A stretch of DNA of 64,000 bases, from assembly GCA_963701145.1 (NCBI GenBank), contig OY969572.1:2405387-2469386 (forward strand), written 5' to 3'. Shown piece by piece: positions 9,505 to 18,898 of this stretch (the first letter of the stretch is position 1; each line of letters opens with the position of its first letter). Under the pieces are notes generated by a model that was given only the letters and a program-made list of their open reading frames with translations, searched no databases and was not told where the DNA came from. The stretch comes from an uncultured Solirubrobacteraceae bacterium. Its GTDB lineage: Bacteria > Actinomycetota > Thermoleophilia > Solirubrobacterales > Solirubrobacteraceae. A program made the position numbers and the translations under genes.

Positions 9505-9689
9505 TGCTCCAGCGCCGCGGCGAACGTCTCCCATTCCTCTTCTGTCAGATCGGGGATGTCGAAGTGCTCGCCGGGGTCAAGCGGCGCGACGTCAGCCATC
9601 AACTCCTCAAGCGGAAGCGGATGCCAAAACAGCGAGTTCGCTTGCTCGATCAGGTCGTGGTTGGCGGCAGGCTCTGGCATCGTGTTCAT
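9501..9689 (-). CDS. Putative antitoxin (small, acidic)
   Basis: Acidic C-terminus PDLTEEEWETFAAALEQ; GTGA coupling to the PIN gene. Confidence 0.7.
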   Translation of the reverse strand: MNTMPEPAANHDLIEQANSLFWHPLPLEELMADVAPLDPGEHFDIPDLTEEEWETFAAALEQ

Positions 9690-9752
9690 CTCCAGCCACA
9701 CAGTTTACGACGACGTCGGAGATGCCCGACTGTGCGGAGCGATGTCATGGGC

Positions 9753-11105
9753 TCATCGCGGATTGGACTGCGATGACTCTTGGTCGTTGGACGCCCTGGC
9801 CGCGAATGCCAGGTTGACCCGCTCCAGATCCTCAGGCCGCGCCTTGGCATGCATGTAGCGCTCGGTGGTGGTGATGCGCGAGTGCCCGAGGAACTCCTGC
9901 ACGAAGCGCGCGTCGGCGTGCCGGGCGATGAGGCTGCCGGCGGCGTGGCGCAGCGCGTGGAAGCGCAGGGGCCGCAGGCCGGCGGCGTCGCGGGCTGCCT
10001 TGAAGCGGCGGCGCACGGCGGAGGGGTCGAGGCGCCGGCCGAGGCGCGAGCAGAAGACGTAGTCCTCGCGTGAGGTGTAGTCAACGCGAGCCCGCAGACG
10101 TTCGAGCGCTTCGGCGGCGGGGTCGGCGAGCGGGAGGAAGCGTGCCTGCCAACTCTTGGTCGGTCCCTCCATTCCAGCGGATACTGCGCGGTGGACGACC
10201 ATCCGCCGCGTGTCGAGGTCGACGTCCTCCCAGCGCAGCGCGATCAGCTCGCCGAGGCGCAGGCCAGTGTAGGCGGCGAGCCGGAACAGCCCGCCGTCCT
10301 GTGCGTCCTCGCGTGCGCGCCACGCGATCTCGTCGGTGCTCAGGCTGCTTGGCTGTGCTCCGCGATGTGATCCCTCGGCGGCTGCGGAGGCGATCATCTC
10401 CACCTCGTGCGGCTCGTAGAAGTCGAGCACAGCCGCAGGTGGTTCACGGCGCTTGGTTGTAGCCGCCACGGGATTGGAAGGCAAGCTGTGCGTGTCCGCG
10501 CGGCAGGCGTAGCCAAAGATCGCCGAGAGCACCTGACGGTGCTTGTTGACCGAACGCGGGGACACGCCCTGGCTGTCCAGCTTGCGCAGGAAACTCGACA
10601 CGTCCTTGGTGGTGATCTTCGCCGCGGGCCGATCGCCGAACGCCGCCATGAGTACGCCGGGGCTCTTGCCTTTGCCTCCCCGGTGTGGCGTGCCGGGCTC
10701 GGCCAGCATGTAGCGGTAGTCGCTCAGCGTGGAGGGCTTGGCGCCGCGCTCGTGCTGCAGGTGCTCCAGCCACTCCGCCGCCAGCTCGCGGAAGGTCACG
10801 CCGCGCTCGCGACGCTCACGCTCGCCCGCCTCGATTGCTCGCTCCTCGCGGTCGTGCTCGGCGATCAGCTCAGCCATGCGCACCGTCGCGCGCTTCTCAT
10901 CGAAGTAGCCCTCCGGTACTCGCCCGCGCCGCATGACCCACCCGCTGTCGTCCGCCGCCCGCTCAAGCCACGCCGGCCCCACGCGGCGCTTCACCTGTCG
11001 TCCCGCGCGGCGCCACTTGGCCTCGTAGGCGGGACTGTTCGCGCGGCCCGCAACTACGAGCGCGCCGGTTGGATCACTGCCGCCTTGCTTTCCTTCACCC
11101 GCCAT
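9753..11105 (-). CDS. int: Tyrosine recombinase/integrase
   Basis: YTGLRLGELIALRW, FHALRHAAGS, LGHSRITTTERY (R-H-R-H-Y); next to the att repeat; start placed at ATG 11105. Confidence 0.95.
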   Translation of the reverse strand: MAGEGKQGGSDPTGALVVAGRANSPAYEAKWRRAGRQVKRRVGPAWLERAADDSGWVMRRGRVPEGYFDEKRATVRMAELIAEHDREERAIEAGERERRERGVTFRELAAEWLEHLQHERGAKPSTLSDYRYMLAEPGTPHRGGKGKSPGVLMAAFGDRPAAKITTKDVSSFLRKLDSQGVSPRSVNKHRQVLSAIFGYACRADTHSLPSNPVAATTKRREPPAAVLDFYEPHEVEMIASAAAEGSHRGAQPSSLSTDEIAWRAREDAQDGGLFRLAAYTGLRLGELIALRWEDVDLDTRRMVVHRAVSAGMEGPTKSWQARFLPLADPAAEALERLRARVDYTSREDYVFCSRLGRRLDPSAVRRRFKAARDAAGLRPLRFHALRHAAGSLIARHADARFVQEFLGHSRITTTERYMHAKARPEDLERVNLAFAARASNDQESSQSNPR

Positions 11106-11113
11106 TTGGTACA

Positions 11114-11163
11114 GAGTACCACGTGAGTACCACATGGATGCGAGTACCGCTTTGAGTACCGCA
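11114..11163 (+). repeat. Right arm-type integrase binding repeats (4x GAGTACC)
   Basis: Direct copies at 11114, 11125, 11142 and 11154. Confidence 0.75.
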
Positions 11164-11240
11164 TGGGCCAGTTTCGCCAGCTATAACACCACTTTGGCTG
11201 ACACAAAATCCCAGTATCTATTGGCTCCAGCATGACCGCC

Positions 11241-11287
11241 CCTGCTTTGCAAGCAGGAGGTCGCCGGTTCGATCCCGGTTGGCTCCA
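11241..11287 (+). repeat. att core, right copy (tRNA-Ala 3' fragment)
   Basis: 46/47 identical to 1434-1480. Confidence 0.92.
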
Positions 11288-11290
11288 TCG

Positions 11291-11321
11291 ATCCTGACGG
11301 TGGTCGAACCGCCGGTAGGAT
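11291..11321 (+). terminator. Hairpin after attR, probably the native tRNA terminator
   Basis: ATCCT..CGGTGGT-CGA-ACCGCCG..AGGAT. Confidence 0.4.
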
Positions 11322-11365
11322 GGAGGCTGGTTCGCTAGCTCGACCTCTCCGCTCACGAGGCGCGA

Positions 11366-11884
11366 TCATGCCGAAGGCGGTGCTCCGCGGTCGAGGGCTG
11401 CGCGGGCGGTTGCGATCTTCATCACTAGCCGGCGTGAGCCTTGGATCGGCTGGAAGTCGTGGTGGCGGTAGAAACGGTGTGCGGCGTCATCGAGGGCGTC
11501 CACGGCAATCAGGCGTCCACCGGCGTTTGTCGCGGCAGCGGCGATCCGTTCGAGCGCGTCGAGTAGTAGCTGTGTGCCCAGGCCTTGCCCGTGCAGGGCT
11601 TGGTTGAGCGCGAGCCGCGCGAGGAGGTATCCGGGAATCGTGCTGTAACCAGCGCTGAGTGAGCGCGATGGCAAGTCCGTCCGCATGAATTGGGTCGGAG
11701 CGATCGCGTAGAGCGCGACTACTACCAGATCGTCGGGCCTGGTCCACACGGTCGTGTGGGCGATACCGGCCGCCCGTGCACGCAATGCCTCGTTGAGCAG
11801 CCATCGATCAAGCTCACCGCGCCCGCAGTGAAGCTGCGCGAGGTCGTGATGCTCGCCGAGTGGCTGGGACGTCCAATCGCTCAC
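11366..11884 (-). CDS. GNAT family toxin (AtaT/TacT-like)
   Basis: HCGRGELDRWL, PGYLLARLAL, HGQGLGTQLL, VDALDDAAHRFYRHHDF. Confidence 0.9.
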   Translation of the reverse strand: MSDWTSQPLGEHHDLAQLHCGRGELDRWLLNEALRARAAGIAHTTVWTRPDDLVVVALYAIAPTQFMRTDLPSRSLSAGYSTIPGYLLARLALNQALHGQGLGTQLLLDALERIAAAATNAGGRLIAVDALDDAAHRFYRHHDFQPIQGSRRLVMKIATARAALDRGAPPSA

Positions 11885-12150
11885 GCGCGCCGGTATAGGC
11901 GCGGGCTGCGAGCGGCTCGTTCCAAACGGGGAGCCGGATCGCCCTGGTCAAGCGCAGCGACCAGCGCGTCGAACTGACCGGCCGGGATCAGTGTCTGGTC
12001 AGCGCGGCCGAGCACGCGATCGGCCTCACGCGTAGCCGCTGCCAACACGAACGCCGAGACCGAGAGGTCTCGTGCCTGGGCTGCGCGCGAGATCCGCTCC
12101 TCGCTCGCTGGGTCGGCGCGCATCTCGATCCGTCTAGTCCGGGTAGCCAT
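11881..12150 (-). CDS. DUF1778 antitoxin (RHH)
   Basis: RRIEMRADPASEERISRAAQARDLSVSAFVLAAA; coupled to GNAT. Confidence 0.88.
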   Translation of the reverse strand: MATRTRRIEMRADPASEERISRAAQARDLSVSAFVLAAATREADRVLGRADQTLIPAGQFDALVAALDQGDPAPRLERAARSPRLYRRA

Positions 12151-12376
12151 ACCCCCATGGTACGGTACTTGTACGGTGCCTGCAAGTGCGGGCCGGACGC
12201 GAGAATTCGAAACCGGTCGATGACCGAACGCGCGTGGACGAGGGACGACCCCCACACACGACGCCCGGGGTTGCGGCTGCTTGCCCGCGCGCCGCATCCC
12301 GCACCGGTGCGCCTCGTCTGGTCGTTTGGGCACGAGCCCGGTTTGGTGCCAAAGGCCCGGGCAAGACCGCAAGCGA

Positions 12377-13117
12377 CTATGGGTTCGGCCGTTCGGCACC
12401 TCCGACGACGCCCCGGTCGGGCTTGACGGCGCCATAGCGGCTCCAGTGGCGCTCGGGGATCTCGTGGGGATCCTTGTACCAGTGCCAGACGCAGGGGTCC
12501 TTGGAGTAGTCCTCCGGCGGTTCGGAGGGATACAGCGGGTAGCCCGACCACTGAATCGGAAGCGACTCGTTCATAAAGCTGCAGTGCGTGCAATAGAGCG
12601 GTAGGCCCTTGCGGTTGAACGACCAGTCATGCGCCTCCTGCGTCACCCCGCCGCCCGGGAGTCCCTCGTAGGCGCCGTTTCGAACCAGCCGCTGGCCCGA
12701 GCCGCAGGGGTTCATCGAGAAGCTGACCTTCTCCTTGTCCTCAGTGATTGTGAAGCTACCCGGGTTGGGTCCCACCCCCGAGCAGGAGTGTGCCCGCCAG
12801 GTGGCGGCCAGGAGGCCGACTATCTCGCGGCGGTCGAGTGCGTTGATCGCGTCGTGATGGCGGCGCCAGCCGCGGCCCATGCTCTCCGTCCAGGCTTCCG
12901 CCACCCCCTCGTCGCCGAGCCGCTGTTGGATGAAGGAGACGAGGTCCAGGACGCCGGCGGCCATGAGGTCGTGGAGCATCTGCCACTCGTGCTTCATCTC
13001 CGAGCACAGGCGCTTGGCCCGGTCGAGGTCGCCCGCCTCGAGCGCCTCGATGGCCCGGTCCATCGTCGGGCGGGAGAGTTGCTCCAGCTCCTCGGGCGAA
13101 AACCAGCGGTCTGTCAT
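12377..13117 (-). CDS. Conserved hypothetical Cys/His-rich protein
   Basis: Strong RBS GAAGGAGG; motifs HSCSG, NPCGSG, YCTHC, PCVWHWY. Confidence 0.7.
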   Translation of the reverse strand: MTDRWFSPEELEQLSRPTMDRAIEALEAGDLDRAKRLCSEMKHEWQMLHDLMAAGVLDLVSFIQQRLGDEGVAEAWTESMGRGWRRHHDAINALDRREIVGLLAATWRAHSCSGVGPNPGSFTITEDKEKVSFSMNPCGSGQRLVRNGAYEGLPGGGVTQEAHDWSFNRKGLPLYCTHCSFMNESLPIQWSGYPLYPSEPPEDYSKDPCVWHWYKDPHEIPERHWSRYGAVKPDRGVVGGAERPNP

Positions 13118-13151
13118 CGTTCCCTCCTTCGATGGTGGTGGAAGGCCAATT

Positions 13152-13871
13152 GTGACCGAGCGGCGCAGGGCGCTCGTGACGGGGGCAGCGCGGGGTATCG
13201 GAGCCGCCATCTCGGCGCGGCTCGCCGCGGACGGCCTCGAGGTGGTCAGGGTCGATCTCCACGAGGGCTGCGACATCGCCATGGACGTCGCCCGCGACGA
13301 GTTCCCGCCGCTCGGCGAGATCGACGTCTGTGTCGCCAATGCCGGCGTCACAACCACGATCGCGCCGGCCCACAGGATGACGGCGGAGCAGTGGCAACTC
13401 GACATCGACGTCAACCTGACGGGCTCCTTCCGCACGATCCAGGCATGCCTGAGCGGCATGCGCGAGCGCGGCCACGGCAGGATCGTCGTGATCTCCAGCG
13501 TGGCCGCCCTCGGCGGCCTGCCCGGGCAGGTCGCCTATGCGGCCTCCAAGTCGGGCCAGCTGGGGATGGTTCGCACCCTCGCAGCCGAGAACGCGTCGCG
13601 CGGGATCACCGTCAACGCGATCCTGCCAGGGCTGGTCGCGACCGAGCAGGTGCTGGCGATGCCCGCGCAGGTGCTCGAGCGCGCCCTCGCAGCAGCGCCC
13701 TCGGGGCGGCTCGTCGAGCCGGCCGAGATCGCCGCTGCCGTCGCCTTCCTCGCCGGCGAGGAGTCGGCCCAGGTCAGCGGCCAGACGATCGCCGTCGACG
13801 GCGGCGCCTCGCTGAACCTGATGTCTCTGGGCGGTTCGCGCCAAGATGGGATCCAATCGGGAGATGCTTGA
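13152..13871 (+). CDS. SDR family oxidoreductase (FabG-like)
   Basis: TGAARGIG, ANAG, YAASK, NAILPG. Confidence 0.9.
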   Translation: MTERRRALVTGAARGIGAAISARLAADGLEVVRVDLHEGCDIAMDVARDEFPPLGEIDVCVANAGVTTTIAPAHRMTAEQWQLDIDVNLTGSFRTIQACLSGMRERGHGRIVVISSVAALGGLPGQVAYAASKSGQLGMVRTLAAENASRGITVNAILPGLVATEQVLAMPAQVLERALAAAPSGRLVEPAEIAAAVAFLAGEESAQVSGQTIAVDGGASLNLMSLGGSRQDGIQSGDA

Positions 13872-14007
13872 GGTCTCGACGCCTCACGATCGACCTGTTC
13901 CCAAAGTCGCCCCTCGCGACCAGCCGGCAGGGTCACGACCGCTCGCGCACTCGTGCGGTCCACCGGTGAGCGGACGCCGTTGACGGTCATGTCGGCCGCC
14001 ACGTAGG

Positions 14008-15384
14008 TCACGCCGCGGCCTCCAGAATGCTGTCGTTCACGTCGGTGGGCCCGGGTGCGCCCGCCGCGTACACCGGCTTGCGGTTGAGACGTTTTCGCTG
14101 GAAGTCCTCAGCCAGGAGCGTGCCCACCTCCCCAAGCAGCGCGCGCCGGTCGCATCCCCGACGCGCCAACAGCCTGGCGGTGGCGCCCAACAGGCGCGGC
14201 GGGGTGAAGACCTGCGAGGGCCGCGAGCGGTGGCCGTAGAAGAGATCCAGGAACGTGCCGATCTTGCCCTGCTCCAGCAGTCGCCTCTCCATCTCGGGCA
14301 CCACCGCGGGCGTCAACCCAGCCTTGCCCATATCGGTCGCGAGCCAGTAGTGCTCGGCCGCGTCCTTGTCTCGCCAGCTGCCCCAGGCCGCCATCTCACT
14401 ATCGATGTCTTCTCCGGAGCCATCCAGCGCCGTTGCGATCGCCGGCACGAGCGCGTCGACCTGCCGGAACGCGTCCTGTATGCCCTGACCGGGTGTTGGG
14501 TCCTTGAAGTTGCCGGCGTCGCCGACCAGCACCCAGCCGGGGCCGGAGGCCTCCCGGAAGAACCCCTCCCAGCGGAGCATCCCAAACAACTTCCCGGTCC
14601 GCCGCGCGCTCGAGAGCGCCTGCGCGACGGGCCGGCAGCTGCGTGCGTACTCCATGAAGCTGCCCTCCAGATCCTCCCGGAAGCGAGGGAGATCGACCAG
14701 ATCCGGGATCAGGATGACCTGATAGAGGCCGCTGTCGGCGTGCGTCGCGATCACGATCCGATCGCCCCACCGGTGGAACACGAATGCCGGATCGGACTCG
14801 GGCTCGACTCCCTCGAAGAAGGACCAATAGAGGAATCGCTGGTTCGGCGTGAGGTTGTACTTGCGAGCCCCGACGAGGCTCGCGATCGTCGAGTTGCGAC
14901 CGTCGGCGCCGACAACCAGCCGTGCCCGGAGCGTCGTCTCCGAGCCGTTCTGCGCGACCCGCACGCCAGCCACTCGACCCCAGTCCTCGACGAGTCCCGT
15001 CACCTTGCTCGCCATCTGCACATCGGCGCCCGCCTCAGCGGCGGTCTGAGCCAGGATCGGATCGAGCAGCAGCCGACGCACCGATGCTGTACCGCCGACG
15101 TCGCCTGAGCGCAGCTGAATCGGGCTCACGAACTCGAGGTCCTCCTGGCGCAGGTCAACGCGGTCGACGAATGGCGCGCCGGTCGCGCGTATCTTCTCGA
15201 TGACCCCCAGGCGGTCCAGGAACGTCAGCGCCTGGGTCTCGAAGATGTGCGTCGAGAGGGTGTCGCTCGGGAAGCTGGCCTGCTCCACGAGCGCGACCTT
15301 GACGCCCCGGCGTGCGAGCAGCGCCGCCAGCGGCGACCCGGCGCAGCGCGCACCCACGACGATCAGGTCGAATTCCTGGCTCAT
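14008..15384 (-). CDS. FAD-dependent oxidoreductase/monooxygenase
   Basis: DLIVVGARCAGS, VVGADGRNS, LVGDAG..KDP..GQG. Confidence 0.88.
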   Translation of the reverse strand: MSQEFDLIVVGARCAGSPLAALLARRGVKVALVEQASFPSDTLSTHIFETQALTFLDRLGVIEKIRATGAPFVDRVDLRQEDLEFVSPIQLRSGDVGGTASVRRLLLDPILAQTAAEAGADVQMASKVTGLVEDWGRVAGVRVAQNGSETTLRARLVVGADGRNSTIASLVGARKYNLTPNQRFLYWSFFEGVEPESDPAFVFHRWGDRIVIATHADSGLYQVILIPDLVDLPRFREDLEGSFMEYARSCRPVAQALSSARRTGKLFGMLRWEGFFREASGPGWVLVGDAGNFKDPTPGQGIQDAFRQVDALVPAIATALDGSGEDIDSEMAAWGSWRDKDAAEHYWLATDMGKAGLTPAVVPEMERRLLEQGKIGTFLDLFYGHRSRPSQVFTPPRLLGATARLLARRGCDRRALLGEVGTLLAEDFQRKRLNRKPVYAAGAPGPTDVNDSILEAAA

Positions 15385-15532
15385 GTGTCCTCCGATCTCT
15401 CTGTTGGCTGCGAGGCCTGGCCTCGTTGCCACCGAGACTGATCGGCAGAGGCTCCTGGTACATCGGCCAGCCGGCGTATTCGACGGGCAGCAGTGGCGTA
15501 ATCGGCGCCAGTGTTGCCGGCTCGGTGGAGCG

Positions 15533-18500
15533 CTAAAGCTCTCTTCGCGCCGCTTGCGCTGCGAGCTCGGCGCGCGATGAGACGGCGAGCTTGGCGAAAA
15601 CGTGGGACAGGTGAGCCTGGACGGTACGGGGCGAGATGAACAGGCGCTCGCCGATCTGAGGGTTGGTCAGGCCCTCGGCGACGAGCTGCACCACTCGCAG
15701 CTCGGCAGGGCTCAGGCTCTCCCAACCGCGCAACGGACGCTTGCGTTCTCCGCGACCGCGCTCGGCGTAGGCGACGGCATCGTCGAGCGAGGCCGAGGCG
15801 CCGGCCGACCACGCAGCTGCGAAGGCCTCCTCGCCGAGCGCCTCGCGCAGCGCGCTGAGATCCGCTTCGTAGCCCGGCTGACGCACCGGGAAGCGCACGC
15901 AGCCCACCTCGGCGCGAATGCCATCTGCCGCACCGAGCAACCGAACCGCCTGCTCTGCGTTCTGCAGCTCTGCGACGAGCGCCGCGAGCGACTCCAGCAC
16001 GTCCGCGACGCCACTCGGGTCGCCGGTGTCATAGAAGGCGCGCAGCGCCTCGTGCAGCAGCTCCTCGGCTCCGGAGACCTCGCCGGCCCCGCGTGCGAGC
16101 TGCGCCTGCGCCTCGAGCGCGGCCCCGATCGCCAGAGGATTCCCGCTCGCGCGCGCGACGAGCACCGCTTCTTCGATCGCGGCCACGGCCGGTGCCGTCT
16201 CCCCGCGCGCCAGCTGGGCGGCTGCTGTGATGAGCAGCGCGATGACGGTGTTGGAGGCGTAATTGCTGGCCCGGGTCGCCGGCAACGCCTCACTCATCAG
16301 CGCCTCGGCGCGCTCGAGCTCGCCGGTGGCGTACTCCAGCAGTCCCAGCTGCCACTGCATCAGTGGCGTGGTGTTGTGGGCCATACGTATGCCCAGGGCG
16401 ATCGCCTCCTCGATGTGCACTCGTGCGGCCGCCCACTCCCCGGTGCGGGTCTCGCCGAAACCGAGGAACGCGAGAGCGAACATCTCGAACAAGGGGTCGC
16501 CGAGCGAACGCGACTGCGCGAGAGCCTCCTCCAGCATCGCCTCCGCCTCCGCGAATCGACACTGCAGCGTCGCGTTGACGCCGAGCCAGGTGAGCGACTC
16601 GCGGATACCGAGCAGGTTGCCCGCCGCACGCGATACCGCCAGGGCGTCTTCGAGCAGCGGAGGGGCTGCCTTCAGCCGCCCGCCAACCATTGCAAGAAAG
16701 CCGGCTCCGTAGAGCCCGTCGGCCAGGAACCAGGAGTCCCCGAGCGGGCGGGTGATGGCGATGCTCTCCTCGAGCACGGCCATGGCGGCCTCCGGCTCGA
16801 GCGAGATCAGCGCCCACCCGAGCAGCTCGAGCGCTCGACCCACCGTGCGCTCGTCACCCATTTCACGGCCGATCGCGAGCGCCTCCTCGGCAAAGCGCCG
16901 CGCCGCCACCCAGTCCGCGGCGATCGTCCCGATGTGGGCCAGGGCAACCAGCGCCTTTGCCCGGGAGAGCCCGCTGGCACCCTCCCCGGCGAGCGCCGAC
17001 TCGAGGTGCCCCCAGCCCTCGCGCCAATGGCCACGCGCCTCGAAGAACAACCACAGCGCCGCGGCGAGGCGCAGAGCCTCGTCGATGCGCCCTGCATCGA
17101 CCGCCCACGCCAGTGCGCCACGGAAGTTGTCCAGCTCTGTCGTGAGCGGCCCGAGCCACTGCTCAAGGCGCGCCCCGAACAGGTCCGGCTCGGCGGACTC
17201 GGCAAGGCGCAGGTGGTAGTCGAGGTGCTGGTTGCGCACGAGCGCCGCCTCGTCGGCATCGCTGAGCTTCTGCCGCGCGTACGCACGGACCGTCTCCAGC
17301 AGCGCGTACCGAGTCCTGACGCCCTGCTCCTCGACCTGCACCAGCGACTTGTCAACGAGGCTCGCGAGCAGGTCGAGGATCTCAACGACCTCCAGGCCAC
17401 CGCCGGCGCAGACCGCCTCGACCCCGTCGAGCGTCCAGCCGCCGGCGAACACGGAAATGCGGCGGAACAGTGTCTGCTCCTCCGCGCTGAGCAGGTCGTG
17501 GCTCCAATCGACCGAGGCCTCGAGCGTGCGCTGCCGCGGCATCGCCGTGCGTGAGCCCCCCGTCAGCAGCACGAACCGCTCGCGCATCGCGTCGGCGATC
17601 TCCTGCGGCGTCAGCAGCCGCGCGCGGGCCGCCGCCAGCTCGATCGCCAGGGGGATTCCGTCCAGGCGCCGACAGATCGTCGCCACCGCCTGCGCGTTCG
17701 TGTCCACCAGACGGAAGTTTGGTCGCACGTGTCGCGCCCGATCGCAGAACAGCTGGATCGCTTCGACCTCCGCGAGCGCGGCTCGTGCCAGCTCGGCTTC
17801 CGGAACCTGCAGCGAGGGAACCCGCCAGCTCTGCTCTCCCTCGACCCCCAGCGACTCGCGGCTCGTCGCCAGGATCACAACACCGGGACATGCCTCGAGC
17901 AGCCTGGCCGCCAACTCGGCGCACGCGCCCAGCAGGTGCTCGCAGTTGTCGAGTGCGATCAACAACCGGCGCTCGGCGAGCTGCGCCGCCAGCGTGTCGA
18001 TCACCGGCTGCGACGGGAACTCGCGAATCGAAAGCGCGCTCGCAACCTCGCTGGCCACCAGCGCCGAATCGCTGATCGGCGCCAGATCCACCCACCACAC
18101 ACCATCAGGGTGATCGTCCAGCGTCTCGGCCGCCACCTGCAGGGCCAGCCGCGTCTTCCCGCTCCCACCCGCCCCGGTCAGAGTGAGCAGGCGCGATCGG
18201 CCGAGCAGCTCACGAACCTCTGCGATCTCGGCCTCGCGGCCGACGAAGCTGGTGAGCTGGACGGGCAGGTTGTTCGGGAGGGCTGACAGCGAGCGCAGCG
18301 CCGGGAAGTCGTCGTGTAGATCGGCGTGGCACAGCTGGTACACCTGCTCCGGCCGCGCCAGGTCGCGCAGCCGATGCGCACCGAGGTCACGCACGCTGAC
18401 CCCGTCGGGCAGGCCGCCCGCCACCAGCTCATACGTCGAGCGCGACAGCAGCGTCTGCCCACCATGTCCGATCGCCCGCAGCCGAGCACAGCGATGGATC

Positions 18501-18898
18501 GAGGGGCCGGTGTAGTTGCGGGCATCGCGCAGCACGGCCTCACCGGTGTGCAGCGCGACACGCACGCGTAGATCCACGCCCTCAGGCCACGGCTCGCTTC
18601 TCAACGCCCGCTGCAGATCGACTGCGCACGCAACCGCATCCGACGCTCGCACGAACACAGCGACCGCACTGTCACCCTCGCCCTGCTCCTCCGGAAGCAC
18701 CCCGCCACGCGCCCGCATGGTCTCGGCGAGCAGGTCGTGACAGCGCGCCATCACCCCCGCCATCATCTCGCCCCGCTCTTCCCACAACAAGGTCGAGCGC
18801 TCGACATCGGTCAGCATGAACGTCACCGTCCCAGTCGGGACGATCGCCACCGCGTCCTGGTCAACTCCGCCCACCGGAATCATGATCGCCTCGTGCAT
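15533..18898 (-). CDS. Adenylate/guanylate cyclase - STAND ATPase - TPR - LuxR HTH regulator
   Basis: TFMLTDVERST and GDSAVAVF (cyclase); GAGGSGKT and LDNCEHL (NB-ARC-like); C-terminal GLTNPQIGERLFISPRTVQAHL. Confidence 0.92.
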   Translation of the reverse strand: MHEAIMIPVGGVDQDAVAIVPTGTVTFMLTDVERSTLLWEERGEMMAGVMARCHDLLAETMRARGGVLPEEQGEGDSAVAVFVRASDAVACAVDLQRALRSEPWPEGVDLRVRVALHTGEAVLRDARNYTGPSIHRCARLRAIGHGGQTLLSRSTYELVAGGLPDGVSVRDLGAHRLRDLARPEQVYQLCHADLHDDFPALRSLSALPNNLPVQLTSFVGREAEIAEVRELLGRSRLLTLTGAGGSGKTRLALQVAAETLDDHPDGVWWVDLAPISDSALVASEVASALSIREFPSQPVIDTLAAQLAERRLLIALDNCEHLLGACAELAARLLEACPGVVILATSRESLGVEGEQSWRVPSLQVPEAELARAALAEVEAIQLFCDRARHVRPNFRLVDTNAQAVATICRRLDGIPLAIELAAARARLLTPQEIADAMRERFVLLTGGSRTAMPRQRTLEASVDWSHDLLSAEEQTLFRRISVFAGGWTLDGVEAVCAGGGLEVVEILDLLASLVDKSLVQVEEQGVRTRYALLETVRAYARQKLSDADEAALVRNQHLDYHLRLAESAEPDLFGARLEQWLGPLTTELDNFRGALAWAVDAGRIDEALRLAAALWLFFEARGHWREGWGHLESALAGEGASGLSRAKALVALAHIGTIAADWVAARRFAEEALAIGREMGDERTVGRALELLGWALISLEPEAAMAVLEESIAITRPLGDSWFLADGLYGAGFLAMVGGRLKAAPPLLEDALAVSRAAGNLLGIRESLTWLGVNATLQCRFAEAEAMLEEALAQSRSLGDPLFEMFALAFLGFGETRTGEWAAARVHIEEAIALGIRMAHNTTPLMQWQLGLLEYATGELERAEALMSEALPATRASNYASNTVIALLITAAAQLARGETAPAVAAIEEAVLVARASGNPLAIGAALEAQAQLARGAGEVSGAEELLHEALRAFYDTGDPSGVADVLESLAALVAELQNAEQAVRLLGAADGIRAEVGCVRFPVRQPGYEADLSALREALGEEAFAAAWSAGASASLDDAVAYAERGRGERKRPLRGWESLSPAELRVVQLVAEGLTNPQIGERLFISPRTVQAHLSHVFAKLAVSSRAELAAQAARREL

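Larger units (their letters stand above)
1434..11287. mobile_element. Integrative mobilisable element (IME) integrated at the 3' end of tRNA-Ala
   Basis: 47-bp direct repeats at 1434-1480 and 11241-11287 (1 mismatch) enclose a tyrosine integrase, HTH excisionase and MOBF relaxase; no T4SS genes. Confidence 0.9.

Noticed and set aside
11241-11287. Second tRNA-Ala gene
   Set aside because: Only the 3' 47 nt are present; no acceptor 5' strand or D-arm, so it is the att duplication
15602-17554. Long antisense ORF of 650 aa (also 29736-31580, 55746-57620, 41019-42446)
   Set aside because: Shadow ORFs opposite well-supported genes, typical of high-GC DNA; no motifs
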